From Candidatus Latescibacterota bacterium (GTDB taxonomy: Bacteria; Latescibacterota; UBA2968; UBA8231): a DNA stretch of 64,000 nt. The DNA lies in the NCBI GenBank assembly GCA_963422735.1, contig OY730476.1:2944001-3008000 (forward strand), in the 5' to 3' direction. Positions 50,535-59,842 of the stretch are shown piece after piece; position 1 is the first letter of the stretch; every line of letters starts with the position of its first letter. The position numbers were made by a program, and so were the translations under genes. The notes beneath the pieces were generated by a model. The model did not search any database. It saw only the letters and a list, made by a program, of their open reading frames with translations, and was not told the DNA's origin.

Positions 50535-51803
50535 ATGCCCCGCAAGCTCGAAGTGCTGCTCAAAGGTGGCCACGTAATCGACCCTGCCAACGACATTGAC
50601 GGCGTCGCAGACGTCGGCGTACTCGACGGCCGCATCGCTCGCGTCGAAGAGTATATCCCCACCATCGATGCCCACCGCGTAATTGATGTCGGCAACCTAG
50701 TCGTCGTGCCGGGCTTGCTCGATATTCACGTCCATACGTACCATACCCGCGCCCGCAAATCTGGCGGGTTGGTGGGCAGCCTCAACGCCGACGCCCACTT
50801 CCTCAAAGAGGGTGTAACCACCTGCGTCGATACTGGTACCGCCGGTGCCGAGGAGTTCGAGCACTTCCGCGAGACGGTGATTGACCACTCCAAGATCCGC
50901 ATGTTCGCCTATGTCAACATCGCCGCCCCAGGTATGGGCCCTCCCGAACAGGTCGTTGCCAACCTCGCTCCTCATCGGGCGGCCGAGATGGCCGCGGCCC
51001 ACGACGATGTATGCGTCGGCATCAAGACCGCCCACTATTGGACCACCAAGCCCTTTGACGACGAGCATCCGCCTTGGGCCTCGGTTGACGCTGCCGTCGA
51101 GGCCGGCGAGCGTTGCAAAATGCCGGTGATGGTTGACTTTTGGCCGCGCCCGCCCGAGCGCTCCTACCCCGATCTCCTCCTCAAGCACCTGCGCCCAGGC
51201 GATATCCACACTCACATCTTTGCCCGTCAGTTCCCCGTCGTCGATGAAAACGGCGCGGTGTACGACTATATGCGCGAGGCACGCAAGAAGGGCGTTCACT
51301 TCGATCTCGGCCACGGGGCGGCCAGCTTCTGGTACCGCGCCGCCATGCCGGCCATCGCCGACCGTTTCCCACCCGACTCGATCAGCACTGACCTACATAT
51401 GGGCAATATCAACGGCCACGTTCACTCGATGCTCGACACGATGTCCAAGTGCTTGGCCATGGACATGCCCTTACAGGAAGTGATCTACCGATCTACCGTC
51501 ACGCCTGCTTGCGCCATCCGCCGGCCCGAGTTGGGGACTTTGACACCCGGCTCTGAGGCCGACATCGCCGTGCTGGGCGTCCTTGAAGGCAACTTCTACT
51601 TTCGCGACTGCGGCTGGGCCTGCATCGAAGCCCGGCATCGCCTTGAATGCGCGCTGACCCTGCGCGCGGGCGAAGTGGTCTGGGACCGTCACGGCATGAC
51701 CTGCCCGCACCTACAAGAGATCCCACCAGAAGCCGAATACTGGCACCTGCCCGAGCGCCAAGCCACCAGCCCGGTACCGCGCCTCTGGCGCACCGACGCC
51801 TGA
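50535..51803 (+). CDS. Amidohydrolase/deacetylase (dihydroorotase-like) metallohydrolase
   Basis: PGLLDIHVH, GVTTCVDTGTAG, LRPGDIHTH, DLGHG..SF, ISTDLH. Confidence 0.92.
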   Translation: MPRKLEVLLKGGHVIDPANDIDGVADVGVLDGRIARVEEYIPTIDAHRVIDVGNLVVVPGLLDIHVHTYHTRARKSGGLVGSLNADAHFLKEGVTTCVDTGTAGAEEFEHFRETVIDHSKIRMFAYVNIAAPGMGPPEQVVANLAPHRAAEMAAAHDDVCVGIKTAHYWTTKPFDDEHPPWASVDAAVEAGERCKMPVMVDFWPRPPERSYPDLLLKHLRPGDIHTHIFARQFPVVDENGAVYDYMREARKKGVHFDLGHGAASFWYRAAMPAIADRFPPDSISTDLHMGNINGHVHSMLDTMSKCLAMDMPLQEVIYRSTVTPACAIRRPELGTLTPGSEADIAVLGVLEGNFYFRDCGWACIEARHRLECALTLRAGEVVWDRHGMTCPHLQEIPPEAEYWHLPERQATSPVPRLWRTDA

Positions 51804-51817
51804 GTAGGCCGCGCTTC

Positions 51818-52292
51818 TTAGGCCATCAGCACCAATTCCCCAAAGTAGGTCGCGTAAAATCCGCGATCCCGGCTCAATAGTCGGTCGGCTTGGTGCAAGG
51901 CGTGGGCACCGATGAGAAAATCGCTGACGATGTGCTGCCGACCGCGCAATCGCACATCACACTGGGCGCATTGCACTTCGCTCTGTACGCTATTACACGC
52001 CGCACAGCACCATCCATTTCCTTCTCCGCTCTCGATAGGTCCTCCAAGCTAAACCGGCTGCAAATAGGGCATCCTCAGTCGCCGGCACTCGCCTAATCCC
52101 AGTATCGCGCAAAAAAGCCTCTATCGCTGGTTGTTCCACAAACTGCGAGGCCAACTCTGCCCAAACGACCTCGCATACAATCAGCTCACCTTCGCCGTGG
52201 GCCTTTTCCAGTTTCGCCTTAGACGAATCCACAAAACGCGCACTGGGAATCAACAAGTCCAAAAAGATATTAGTATCAACGGCGGTGCTCAT
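51818..52292 (-). pseudogene. VapC/PIN toxin with double CxxC insertion, frameshifted
   Basis: TAVDTNI..VVWAEL..AGLAWRTY; after a frame change near 52020: CCAAC..CAQC..RQHIVSDFLIGAHALHQADRLLSRDRGFY..*. Confidence 0.85.
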
Positions 52293-52516
52293 TCGTCGTC
52301 CCTGAGCTGGGCGACGATGCGGTCCGGGTCCGCGCCATCTTTAGTGGTTAGATAGCCGACGTAGCGTTCAAAGAAGGTTGTAGCCAATACCGGCTTTACG
52401 ACCACCCTCCGGTCGGGCAGCAGTTCAAACGCTACTCGGTCGCCCGGTTTGACCCCCAACACTTGGCGGATATTCTTGGGAATGGTCACCTGTGCTTTGC
52501 TCGTTATTCGAGACAT
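52289..52516 (-). CDS. AbrB/MazE/SpoVT family antitoxin
   Basis: ITSKAQVTIPKNIRQVLGVKPGDRVAF. Confidence 0.92.
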   Translation of the reverse strand: MSRITSKAQVTIPKNIRQVLGVKPGDRVAFELLPDRRVVVKPVLATTFFERYVGYLTTKDGADPDRIVAQLRDDE

Positions 52517-52632
52517 CCTTTTACTCCTTTTGCGAAACGCGATCAAAGTAATACTTTGATCGCGTTTGCCACCATGCGGCCCCTATCGTACATTCCCCGT
52601 GCCGACACAAACGCCGTAACTCCTTGTAAATT

Positions 52633-55600
52633 TTGAATCAATCGCCTAGTAGACTCCACCCCATCGCCGCGCTTAAAACCCTCCTGCCGCAGTGTATGCT
52701 CCAGGATCGGGTGTGCATCGAACGCCGCCTGAGGCGTCGGGGTCGCCTCGATCCGGGAGAAGTTGATCGCCTCTTAGGCCAAGCCCGCCGCTCGGCCCAT
52801 CGCCGCGAAAAATTCCGCACCAATCGACCAATCCCCACCTACCCACCCGCCCTGCCCATTAGCGATCGCAGGGACGAAATCCTCGCGGCGATCAAGGTGC
52901 ACCCCGTCGTCGTCGTCGCTGGCGAGACCGGCTCGGGCAAGAGTACTCAATTGCCCAAAATCTGCCTAGAAGCCGGCCGGGGTGCAGACGCCCGCATTGC
53001 CGTCACGCAGCCGCGCCGCGTCGCCGCTCTCTCCATCGCTCAGCGCGTCGCCGAAGAACTCAAGGTGACCTACGGCCGCGATATCGGCTGCAAAATTCGC
53101 TTTCGCGACCAGACCGCGCCCGAGACCTGCATCAAGGTCATGACCGACGGCATGCTGCTGGCCGAGACCCAAACCGATCCCGACCTGCTCGAATACGACA
53201 CCATTATCGTGGATGAGGCCCACGAGCGCAGCCTTAACATCGACTTCCTGCTCGGCTACCTGCGGCTTCTCCGCCGCAAGCGGCCCGATCTCAAGATCGT
53301 CATTACTTCGGCCACCATCGACACCGAAACCTTCTCTAAGGCTTTTGACGACGCTCCCGTCATCGAGGTCTCGGGCCGGATGTTCCCGGTCGAGGTTCGC
53401 TATTGGCCGCTTGACAAGCTCCTGCAAGATCGCGGCGACTACACGTATTTGGATGCGGCCGCCAGCGCGGTGGATGAAATTTTGCACACGTCGCGGCAGG
53501 GCGACCTCTTGGTCTTTCTGCCGTCTGAGCGCGATATCCGCGAAACCCGAGAGCGGCTCGAAGGGCGCAAGTTGCACGGGGTCGAGATCTTGCCGCTCTT
53601 TGGCCGCCTAACCGCCGGGGAGCAACAGCGCGTATTCGCCCCAGGGGACCGCCGCCGCGTAGTGTTGGCCACTAATATCGCCGAGACTTCGCTGACCATC
53701 CCCCGCATCCGCTACGTCGTAGATACGGGCTTGGCGCGTCTGTCGCGCTACAACCCGCGCACCCACACCCAGCACCTGCCGATTGAACCGATCTCGCAGA
53801 GCAGCGCCCGCCAACGGGAGGGGCGCTGTGGACGGGTCGCGGACGGCGTCTGCATTCGCCTCTACTCGGAGCAGGATTTTCTCGCGCGGCCCGAATACAC
53901 CCAGCCCGAAATCCAGCGCGCCAATCTCGCCGAAGTGATCCTGCGGATGATCAATCTCAAGCTAGGAGACATTGAGGCGTTCCCCTTTATTGACCCCCCT
54001 GCAAAAGCCGCTATCGCCGGCGGTTTCCAACTCCTGCGCCAGCTCAACGCCCTCGACGAAAACCGCGCACTCACTCCCATTGGCCTCGCTATGGCGCGCC
54101 TGCCCATTGACCCCACGGTCTCGCGGATGCTGCTCCAAGCCCGCGAGGAGCAATCTCTGTCCGAGGTGCTCGTCATCGCCGCGGCCATCAGCATTCAAGA
54201 TCCGCGCGAGCGGCCCATGGAAGAGCAGGATGCGGCCGACCAAATGCACCGACAGCTCCACGACAAAAATTCCGATTTCCTAGCTTATCTCAACATCTGG
54301 AACGCCTACCATGACAAAATGGAAAGCGCCTCGCAGAACCAATTGCGCAAATTCTGCAAGGCGCACTACCTCTCCTACATGCGGATGCGCGAATGGCGCG
54401 ATATCCACGCGCAGCTCCGCGAGACACTGGGCGAAATAAAAGGCTTTCGCTTCAACCGAGAACCCGCCGGGTATGACGCGATCCATCGCGCGGTACTCAC
54501 TGGCTTGCTTTCGAGTGTGGCGCGCCAAGAAGAAGGCAATGTCTATCAGGCAGCGCGCAGCCGCGAGGTGATGATTTTTCCCGGCTCGGGACTCTTCCGC
54601 TCCAACAAGGGCAAGAAGTCAGCCGAAGGCGGCGGGCCACCCGGTTGGCTGGTCGCGGCCGAGATCGTCGAGACCTCGCGCCTATTCGCCCGCACCGTCG
54701 CTCGCATCCAGCCTGAATGGCTCGCTGAGCTAGGCAGCCACCTATGTCGCGCTTCCTACGACCAACCCTACTTCAACGCGCGCTCGGGGCGGGTGTTGGT
54801 GCGCGAAAAACAGACCCTCTACGGCCTCGAAGTACTCAGTCGCCGCATCCCGTATAGCCGCATCAACGCCCGCGAGGCCACCGAGATATTCATCCGCGAG
54901 GCGTTGGTACCTGGGACGGTGCATACTCCGCATAAATTTCTCGCGCACAACATGCGCCTGTGTCAGAAGATCGAAACTTGGCAGACCCGCGCCCGCGGTT
55001 TGGCCGATGTCCATGTCGAAGAGGCCGCCGCCCGCTTTTACTCCCAGTACCTCGACGATGTTTCCTCTCTGCACGACCTCAACCGATTCCTCAAAGACAA
55101 AGCCGACGACTTCCTGCTGATGCAGGAGGAAGACTTGCTCAGCACCACCCACGCCGATTTCAACCAGCAGGCCTTCCCAGACGCCCTCGACCTCGACGGC
55201 AAAAAACTAGCCATCAGCTACGCCTATCGCCCGGGGCAAGACGAGGACGGGATCACCGTCAAGGTGCCCTACAAACTGGCCCACGCCGTCGATCCAGAAA
55301 TACTTGAATGGCTGGTGCCGGGTCTGCTCGAAGAAAAAATCACCGTCCTGCTGCGCTCGTTGCCCAAGTCCATCCGCAAGCAACTAGTGCCGATTCCCGC
55401 AAAGGCCAAGAGCATTGCGGCCGCGCTCAAGCCGACGCATCCCACCTTTTTGGAGTCGCTGCAAGATCACATCCGCCAGCACTACCGGATCCAAATCCAG
55501 GCGTCGGACTGGAACGCGGATGACTTGCCCGACCACCTCAAAATGCGCGTCGATATCCAAGGCACTGACGATCAATCCGTCGCGGCCGGCCGCGATTTGC

Positions 55601-56532
55601 AGCAACTGACCCAACGCCTCGAACAGCACGATACTCCGGTTGAACTCGACGCTTGGAAAAAGGCGGCCCAACAGTGGGAACGAGAAGGGATAACTAGGTG
55701 GGATTTCGGCGACCTGCCCGAGCGAATAGAGGTGACCCAAGCGGGCGGGATGCCGCTTTATGGCTGGCCCGGCCTCCGCCGCGACGAAGGCGGCGTGTTG
55801 CTGCGTCTCTACAAAAGTCGCGCCGAAGCCGAAATCCGCTCGCGGGAGGGTTTTTTCGGCCTTTGTGCCTTGGCGTTGCGCGACGAGCTAGCTTGGCTCC
55901 GCCGCGAGCTCCAGGAGCTGGCGCAGTTCAAGACGCGCTACCAAGGCAGTTCCCTCGAACTGTGCACCCAGGCATTTGAACATCTCGAGCGCTATCTCTT
56001 CCACCGCGAGCAAATCCTGCCCCTGCGCCAACGGGATTTCGACGCCGTGCTGATACAGGCTAAGCAGCGGCTGCGCGGCTTGGCCTCGCGCTTTATCTCC
56101 CTAATCGACAGCTTGCTCGAAGCTCGCCGCGAAATTCTCCTCTCAGGCCGGTCCTATCGCGGGATGGACGCGGACTTGGAGCGGCTGCTGCCAGATAACT
56201 TCCTAGTCTGCGTCCCCTTCCACCGTCTCAGCCATCTGCTCCGCTACCTAAAAGCCGTTGAGGTGCGCACCGAACGCGCTGCAACCGACCCGCGCAAGGA
56301 CGCGCAGAAGGCCGAGCTGATCGAGGTGTACCAAAGTCAGTTGGAAAAGCTCGCCGGGGAGACCAATTCGCCCGAGCGAGAGGCCCAAATCAAGGAGTTG
56401 CGCTGGATGCTGGAGGAATATCGCGTCTCGGTCTTCGCCCAAGAGCTGGGCACCGCCCACCCGATTTCCCCCAAGCGGCTCGACAAGAAAGTCGAGCAGA
56501 TTCGCCAAATGAAGAGGTCGAACCAGCGGTAG
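52633..56532 (+). CDS. hrpA: ATP-dependent RNA helicase HrpA
   Basis: GETGSGKST, TQPRRVAA, DEAH, SAT, TNIAETSLT, QREGRCGR; C-terminal EEYRVSVFAQELGT. Confidence 0.97.
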   Translation: MNQSPSRLHPIAALKTLLPQCMLQDRVCIERRLRRRGRLDPGEVDRLLGQARRSAHRREKFRTNRPIPTYPPALPISDRRDEILAAIKVHPVVVVAGETGSGKSTQLPKICLEAGRGADARIAVTQPRRVAALSIAQRVAEELKVTYGRDIGCKIRFRDQTAPETCIKVMTDGMLLAETQTDPDLLEYDTIIVDEAHERSLNIDFLLGYLRLLRRKRPDLKIVITSATIDTETFSKAFDDAPVIEVSGRMFPVEVRYWPLDKLLQDRGDYTYLDAAASAVDEILHTSRQGDLLVFLPSERDIRETRERLEGRKLHGVEILPLFGRLTAGEQQRVFAPGDRRRVVLATNIAETSLTIPRIRYVVDTGLARLSRYNPRTHTQHLPIEPISQSSARQREGRCGRVADGVCIRLYSEQDFLARPEYTQPEIQRANLAEVILRMINLKLGDIEAFPFIDPPAKAAIAGGFQLLRQLNALDENRALTPIGLAMARLPIDPTVSRMLLQAREEQSLSEVLVIAAAISIQDPRERPMEEQDAADQMHRQLHDKNSDFLAYLNIWNAYHDKMESASQNQLRKFCKAHYLSYMRMREWRDIHAQLRETLGEIKGFRFNREPAGYDAIHRAVLTGLLSSVARQEEGNVYQAARSREVMIFPGSGLFRSNKGKKSAEGGGPPGWLVAAEIVETSRLFARTVARIQPEWLAELGSHLCRASYDQPYFNARSGRVLVREKQTLYGLEVLSRRIPYSRINAREATEIFIREALVPGTVHTPHKFLAHNMRLCQKIETWQTRARGLADVHVEEAAARFYSQYLDDVSSLHDLNRFLKDKADDFLLMQEEDLLSTTHADFNQQAFPDALDLDGKKLAISYAYRPGQDEDGITVKVPYKLAHAVDPEILEWLVPGLLEEKITVLLRSLPKSIRKQLVPIPAKAKSIAAALKPTHPTFLESLQDHIRQHYRIQIQASDWNADDLPDHLKMRVDIQGTDDQSVAAGRDLQQLTQRLEQHDTPVELDAWKKAAQQWEREGITRWDFGDLPERIEVTQAGGMPLYGWPGLRRDEGGVLLRLYKSRAEAEIRSREGFFGLCALALRDELAWLRRELQELAQFKTRYQGSSLELCTQAFEHLERYLFHREQILPLRQRDFDAVLIQAKQRLRGLASRFISLIDSLLEARREILLSGRSYRGMDADLERLLPDNFLVCVPFHRLSHLLRYLKAVEVRTERAATDPRKDAQKAELIEVYQSQLEKLAGETNSPEREAQIKELRWMLEEYRVSVFAQELGTAHPISPKRLDKKVEQIRQMKRSNQR

Positions 56533-56693
56533 TTCGGTGTATCGAAACAAACCCATCCGCGTGTGCGGGCGCATACAGATGGAGCCAGCAAATCGCCGCC
56601 CTTACTCAGAGATCGGCACTGGCATGTAGGTTGCTTTCCTACCCTTTAGCAACCATATTACTCCATATTCTTGCCGCCCTCGAGGAGTCCATC

Positions 56694-57074
56694 ATGACCG
56701 AGAGTTCCAACCCTCAACCTCGTCCCGCCCCCGAAGATCTGTATTGGGGCATCAGCTATCTGCGCGAAGACATACAAGACCTACGCAACCAGATAGGAGC
56801 CGTTCACCACCGCATTGACGAGACCAACCGCTCATTGGGGGAACAAATTCAAGCCGTTCACCACCGCATTGACGAGACCAACCGCTCATTGGGGGAACAA
56901 ATTCAAGCCGTTCACCACCGCATTGACGAGACCAACCGCTCATTGGGGGAACAAATTCAAGCCGTTCACCACCGCATTGACGAGACCAATAAGCGCATGG
57001 ATACCCATTTCAGATGGACGATGACCACCTTGGTCGCCATCACCGGCATCCTAATCGCCGTCATCAAGCTCTGA
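56694..57074 (+). CDS. Small coiled-coil protein with C-terminal TM (DUF1640/CCDC90-like)
   Basis: RBS GAGGAG; 18-aa repeats; C-terminal hydrophobic anchor. Confidence 0.8.
   Translation: MTESSNPQPRPAPEDLYWGISYLREDIQDLRNQIGAVHHRIDETNRSLGEQIQAVHHRIDETNRSLGEQIQAVHHRIDETNRSLGEQIQAVHHRIDETNKRMDTHFRWTMTTLVAITGILIAVIKL
56798..56989 (+). repeat. 54-bp perfect tandem repeat, about 3.6 copies
   Basis: Units start at 56798, 56852, 56906 and 56960. Confidence 0.95.
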
Positions 57075-57319
57075 CCCACCCCTAGGCACCGCCGCTCGCC
57101 GGAAGCGAACCGCAGGACCAGTGCCAACCAATCGCTCCGTAAATTGAGAGGACTAGGTAGCTCAGATGTTCTCCACCAACCACTGATAGCACTTTTCGTA
57201 TCCCACCTACCCCTCGGTCTCCGGCCCCTCGTATTCAGCCGTCCAAGCCCCGTCGTAGACGGCCGCCTTGAGGCACTCAACCGCGTGACCGAGGTGGATT
57301 TCGCCCTCGCCCAGTGACC

Positions 57320-57720
57320 GCTCCCTTGTAATTTTGCCGCGAACTGGTGCTGGTCGAGAAAGCCGGCTTGGCCGTGGGGCAGGCGCGGGTGCTTCAACGG
57401 CCGCACCCGGGCGTAGTAGCGTTGGCCGTTGACCAGTTCCTCGCGGGTGTGCCCGTAGATACTGCCGCCGGAGTGGTCAGAGTCCACAGTAATCGACAGC
57501 GTATCGTCCCGCCACCACTTGAGCGGATCTTCGTTTTCGATCTTGAGGGTATCGTCGCGGATCCGGGCGAAGCCGTACCAGCTGTTGTCGGGGGGCGGAC
57601 TCCAAGCGGTGTACATGGTGAAGTCGAAGTCGGCTGCATCGACGGGGTCTGATTCGCGGTCGAAGAATCCTTCCCGCTCCAGCGCGAGACGGGGGTCGAA
57701 AAAGGCCCAGTCGCCGCTCA
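57320..57720 (-). pseudogene. CBM9-like sugar-binding domain fragment
   Basis: DW..DPVDAADFDFTMYTAWS..RIRDD..WWRDDTLSITVDSDHSGG. Confidence 0.55.
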
Positions 57721-57721
57721 C

Positions 57722-58044
57722 TTGCCGGTTTCGCGGGTGGTGGCGTATTCGGCGGCCAAAGCGGCCGTAGTGAACGCACGGGAGTGGGCCGACAAAGAAG
57801 TGCGGGTCAACTCCATCACCCCGGGCTTTTCCCCGCCGAGGAACACCGCCGCTTGCTCTTTGAAGACGACGGCACGCCCACTGAGCGCGGCAAACAAATC
57901 CTCTCCCACACCCCCACGAACCGCTTTGGCCGCCCCGAGGAGCTAGTCGGTGCGGCGGTGTTCCTCGCGTCGGACGCGGCCAGCGGCTTTGTAACCGGCA
58001 CGGACATCCGCGTTGACGAGGAATTTTTGGCGACGATGATTTAA
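57722..58044 (+). pseudogene. SDR oxidoreductase C-terminal fragment
   Basis: AYSAAK (YxxxK), [10 protein letters not shown], frameshift, [24 protein letters not shown]. Confidence 0.8.
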
Positions 58045-58213
58045 GCTCTGTCATCGAAATTCGGCAGGTGCTTCAGAGTTTTGAGCCGTTCGACTTTTTT
58101 CTTGTTGAGATACGCAGGCCCGCAGCCGGGAATGGAGTTGTTAGAAGAAGGCTCAATCTACCTTGTGTAGCCCCTTAATACCGCAACGCGTTTGCTTTTT
58201 TAACTCGCCCCTT

Positions 58214-59602
58214 TCAAGAGATCCACACCGTTTTGTATTCAAAAAAAGGCTCCAGACCCATCCCGCCGTAGCGCCGGCCAATGCCGCTCTGCTTAAAACC
58301 ACCCCAAGGTGTGCGATGGCTCAGCATACTAGCACTATTAATGGTCACAACCCCCACTTCCAATCGCCGCACAAAATAGCGTTGTTGCTCAGGTTTTAGA
58401 GTCCAGAGCGAAACGAGCAGTCCGTAGTCCGTATCGTTGGCCAACGCCAGCGCCTCGTCGTCGCTATCAAACGTCAGCACGGATACAACCGGTCCGAAAA
58501 TTTCGTCGCGGCAAACCGGACCGGACTGATCTGCAAAGGCAAAAGCCGTGGGCTCAAAATAGCAACCCTTCGCGTACTCGTCTCCCGGCGGATGTGTGCC
58601 GCCAAATAGTAGAGACCCCTGTGCTTTTCCCATCTCGACGTAGCGCTCCACGCGCTCTACCGCGGCCCTGTCGATCAACATGCTGGGCCCTGCGGTCTGC
58701 GCCTTTTCTTTTAGTAAATCGATAAATTCGTCGCGCAGCGATTCGTGCAGCAAAACCCGACTTATTGCCGAGCACGCCTGCCCGGGGAAAGCCGATTCCA
58801 CGGTCGCCGTCGCCGCTGCTTCTAGGTCGGCTTCGGGCAAGACGATCTGCGCCGTTTTGCTGCCCAGATTTAGCTGCACTCGCTTGAGATCTTCGGCGGC
58901 AGCGGCCATGATCTTTTTCCCCGTCGCCGTGCTGCCGGTAAAACTGATCAGACGTGTAGCTGGGTGCGCGACGAGAGCCTGCCCCACCTCAGGCCCCTTG
59001 CCGCTGAGCGCGTTGACCACCCCGGCAGGGAAACCGGCTTCGTGGAATGCCTGCATAGTCTTGAGTGCCTGTGGTGCTTCTTGGTCGGGCGCTTTAAGCA
59101 CGACCGTATTGCCGGCTACCAGTGCCGGCACGGCCGATAAAAGAGCACCCAGCAGCGGCCCGTTGAAGGGGGCAAAGATAGCAACGGCACCCAGCGGTTC
59201 CCTATATACATAATTAGTGCGCTGGTCGCCGTGCTCAATAAGCGCACCCTCCCCGTCGTCTAGTTTACCCACGTAGTAGTCGATGACGCGCTCTATCAGC
59301 GGCGGGATGCCCGTCGCCCCCTGGGGCTGGACCTTGGCTGCCGCCAGTTCGTCGGCCATGGCATAGAGCACCTCTTTCAGTTTGGCGAATAAAGTGCGCT
59401 TGTGCTCAACGCCGCAGAACTTCCACTCTGCATAAAATGCTTCGTGCGCAGCAGCAGCGGCCCGATCCACATCGGCCCAACTGGCATCGGCGACTTCGGC
59501 GACTAATGTGCCGTCTACGGGGCTATACAGGGAATAGTAGCGTCCAGATGTTGGGGGACATATTTGGCCCCCGATCAGTAAATCACTTTTTTTGATACTC
59601 AC
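58214..59602 (-). CDS. Aldehyde dehydrogenase family protein
   Basis: REPLG..PFN.P, GNTVVLK, SFTGST, GQAC, EIFGPV, PWGGFKQSGIG. Confidence 0.93.
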   Translation of the reverse strand: MSIKKSDLLIGGQICPPTSGRYYSLYSPVDGTLVAEVADASWADVDRAAAAAHEAFYAEWKFCGVEHKRTLFAKLKEVLYAMADELAAAKVQPQGATGIPPLIERVIDYYVGKLDDGEGALIEHGDQRTNYVYREPLGAVAIFAPFNGPLLGALLSAVPALVAGNTVVLKAPDQEAPQALKTMQAFHEAGFPAGVVNALSGKGPEVGQALVAHPATRLISFTGSTATGKKIMAAAAEDLKRVQLNLGSKTAQIVLPEADLEAAATATVESAFPGQACSAISRVLLHESLRDEFIDLLKEKAQTAGPSMLIDRAAVERVERYVEMGKAQGSLLFGGTHPPGDEYAKGCYFEPTAFAFADQSGPVCRDEIFGPVVSVLTFDSDDEALALANDTDYGLLVSLWTLKPEQQRYFVRRLEVGVVTINSASMLSHRTPWGGFKQSGIGRRYGGMGLEPFFEYKTVWIS

Positions 59603-59842
59603 TTCATTTTCCTCCTATTGATGCGATGGCGAAACCTACTGTCGAGAGGGGGCTGCTCCCTGAGCGACGAAATAAAATCCGAAACTCTTTCACAAGTTAT
59701 ATGTTTGAAACTCTTCGCCTCCGCCGGCATGACGTAGATGTCTAGCCTATTAGGTACCATCGCGAATCTTGTGTTATGGTTTATATAGGTCATTTAAGTT
59801 GTGGGACAAATCCTCGGCATGGTGCCAACGCGAAAGCGATAG

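Noticed and set aside
56798-56989. Possible CRISPR array
   Set aside because: Contiguous identical 54-bp units with no unique spacers, in frame inside a CDS; no cas genes.
56966-58054. 362-aa ORF as a single gene
   Set aside because: Chimera of antisense SDR sequence, a CBM9-like fragment and non-coding read-through.
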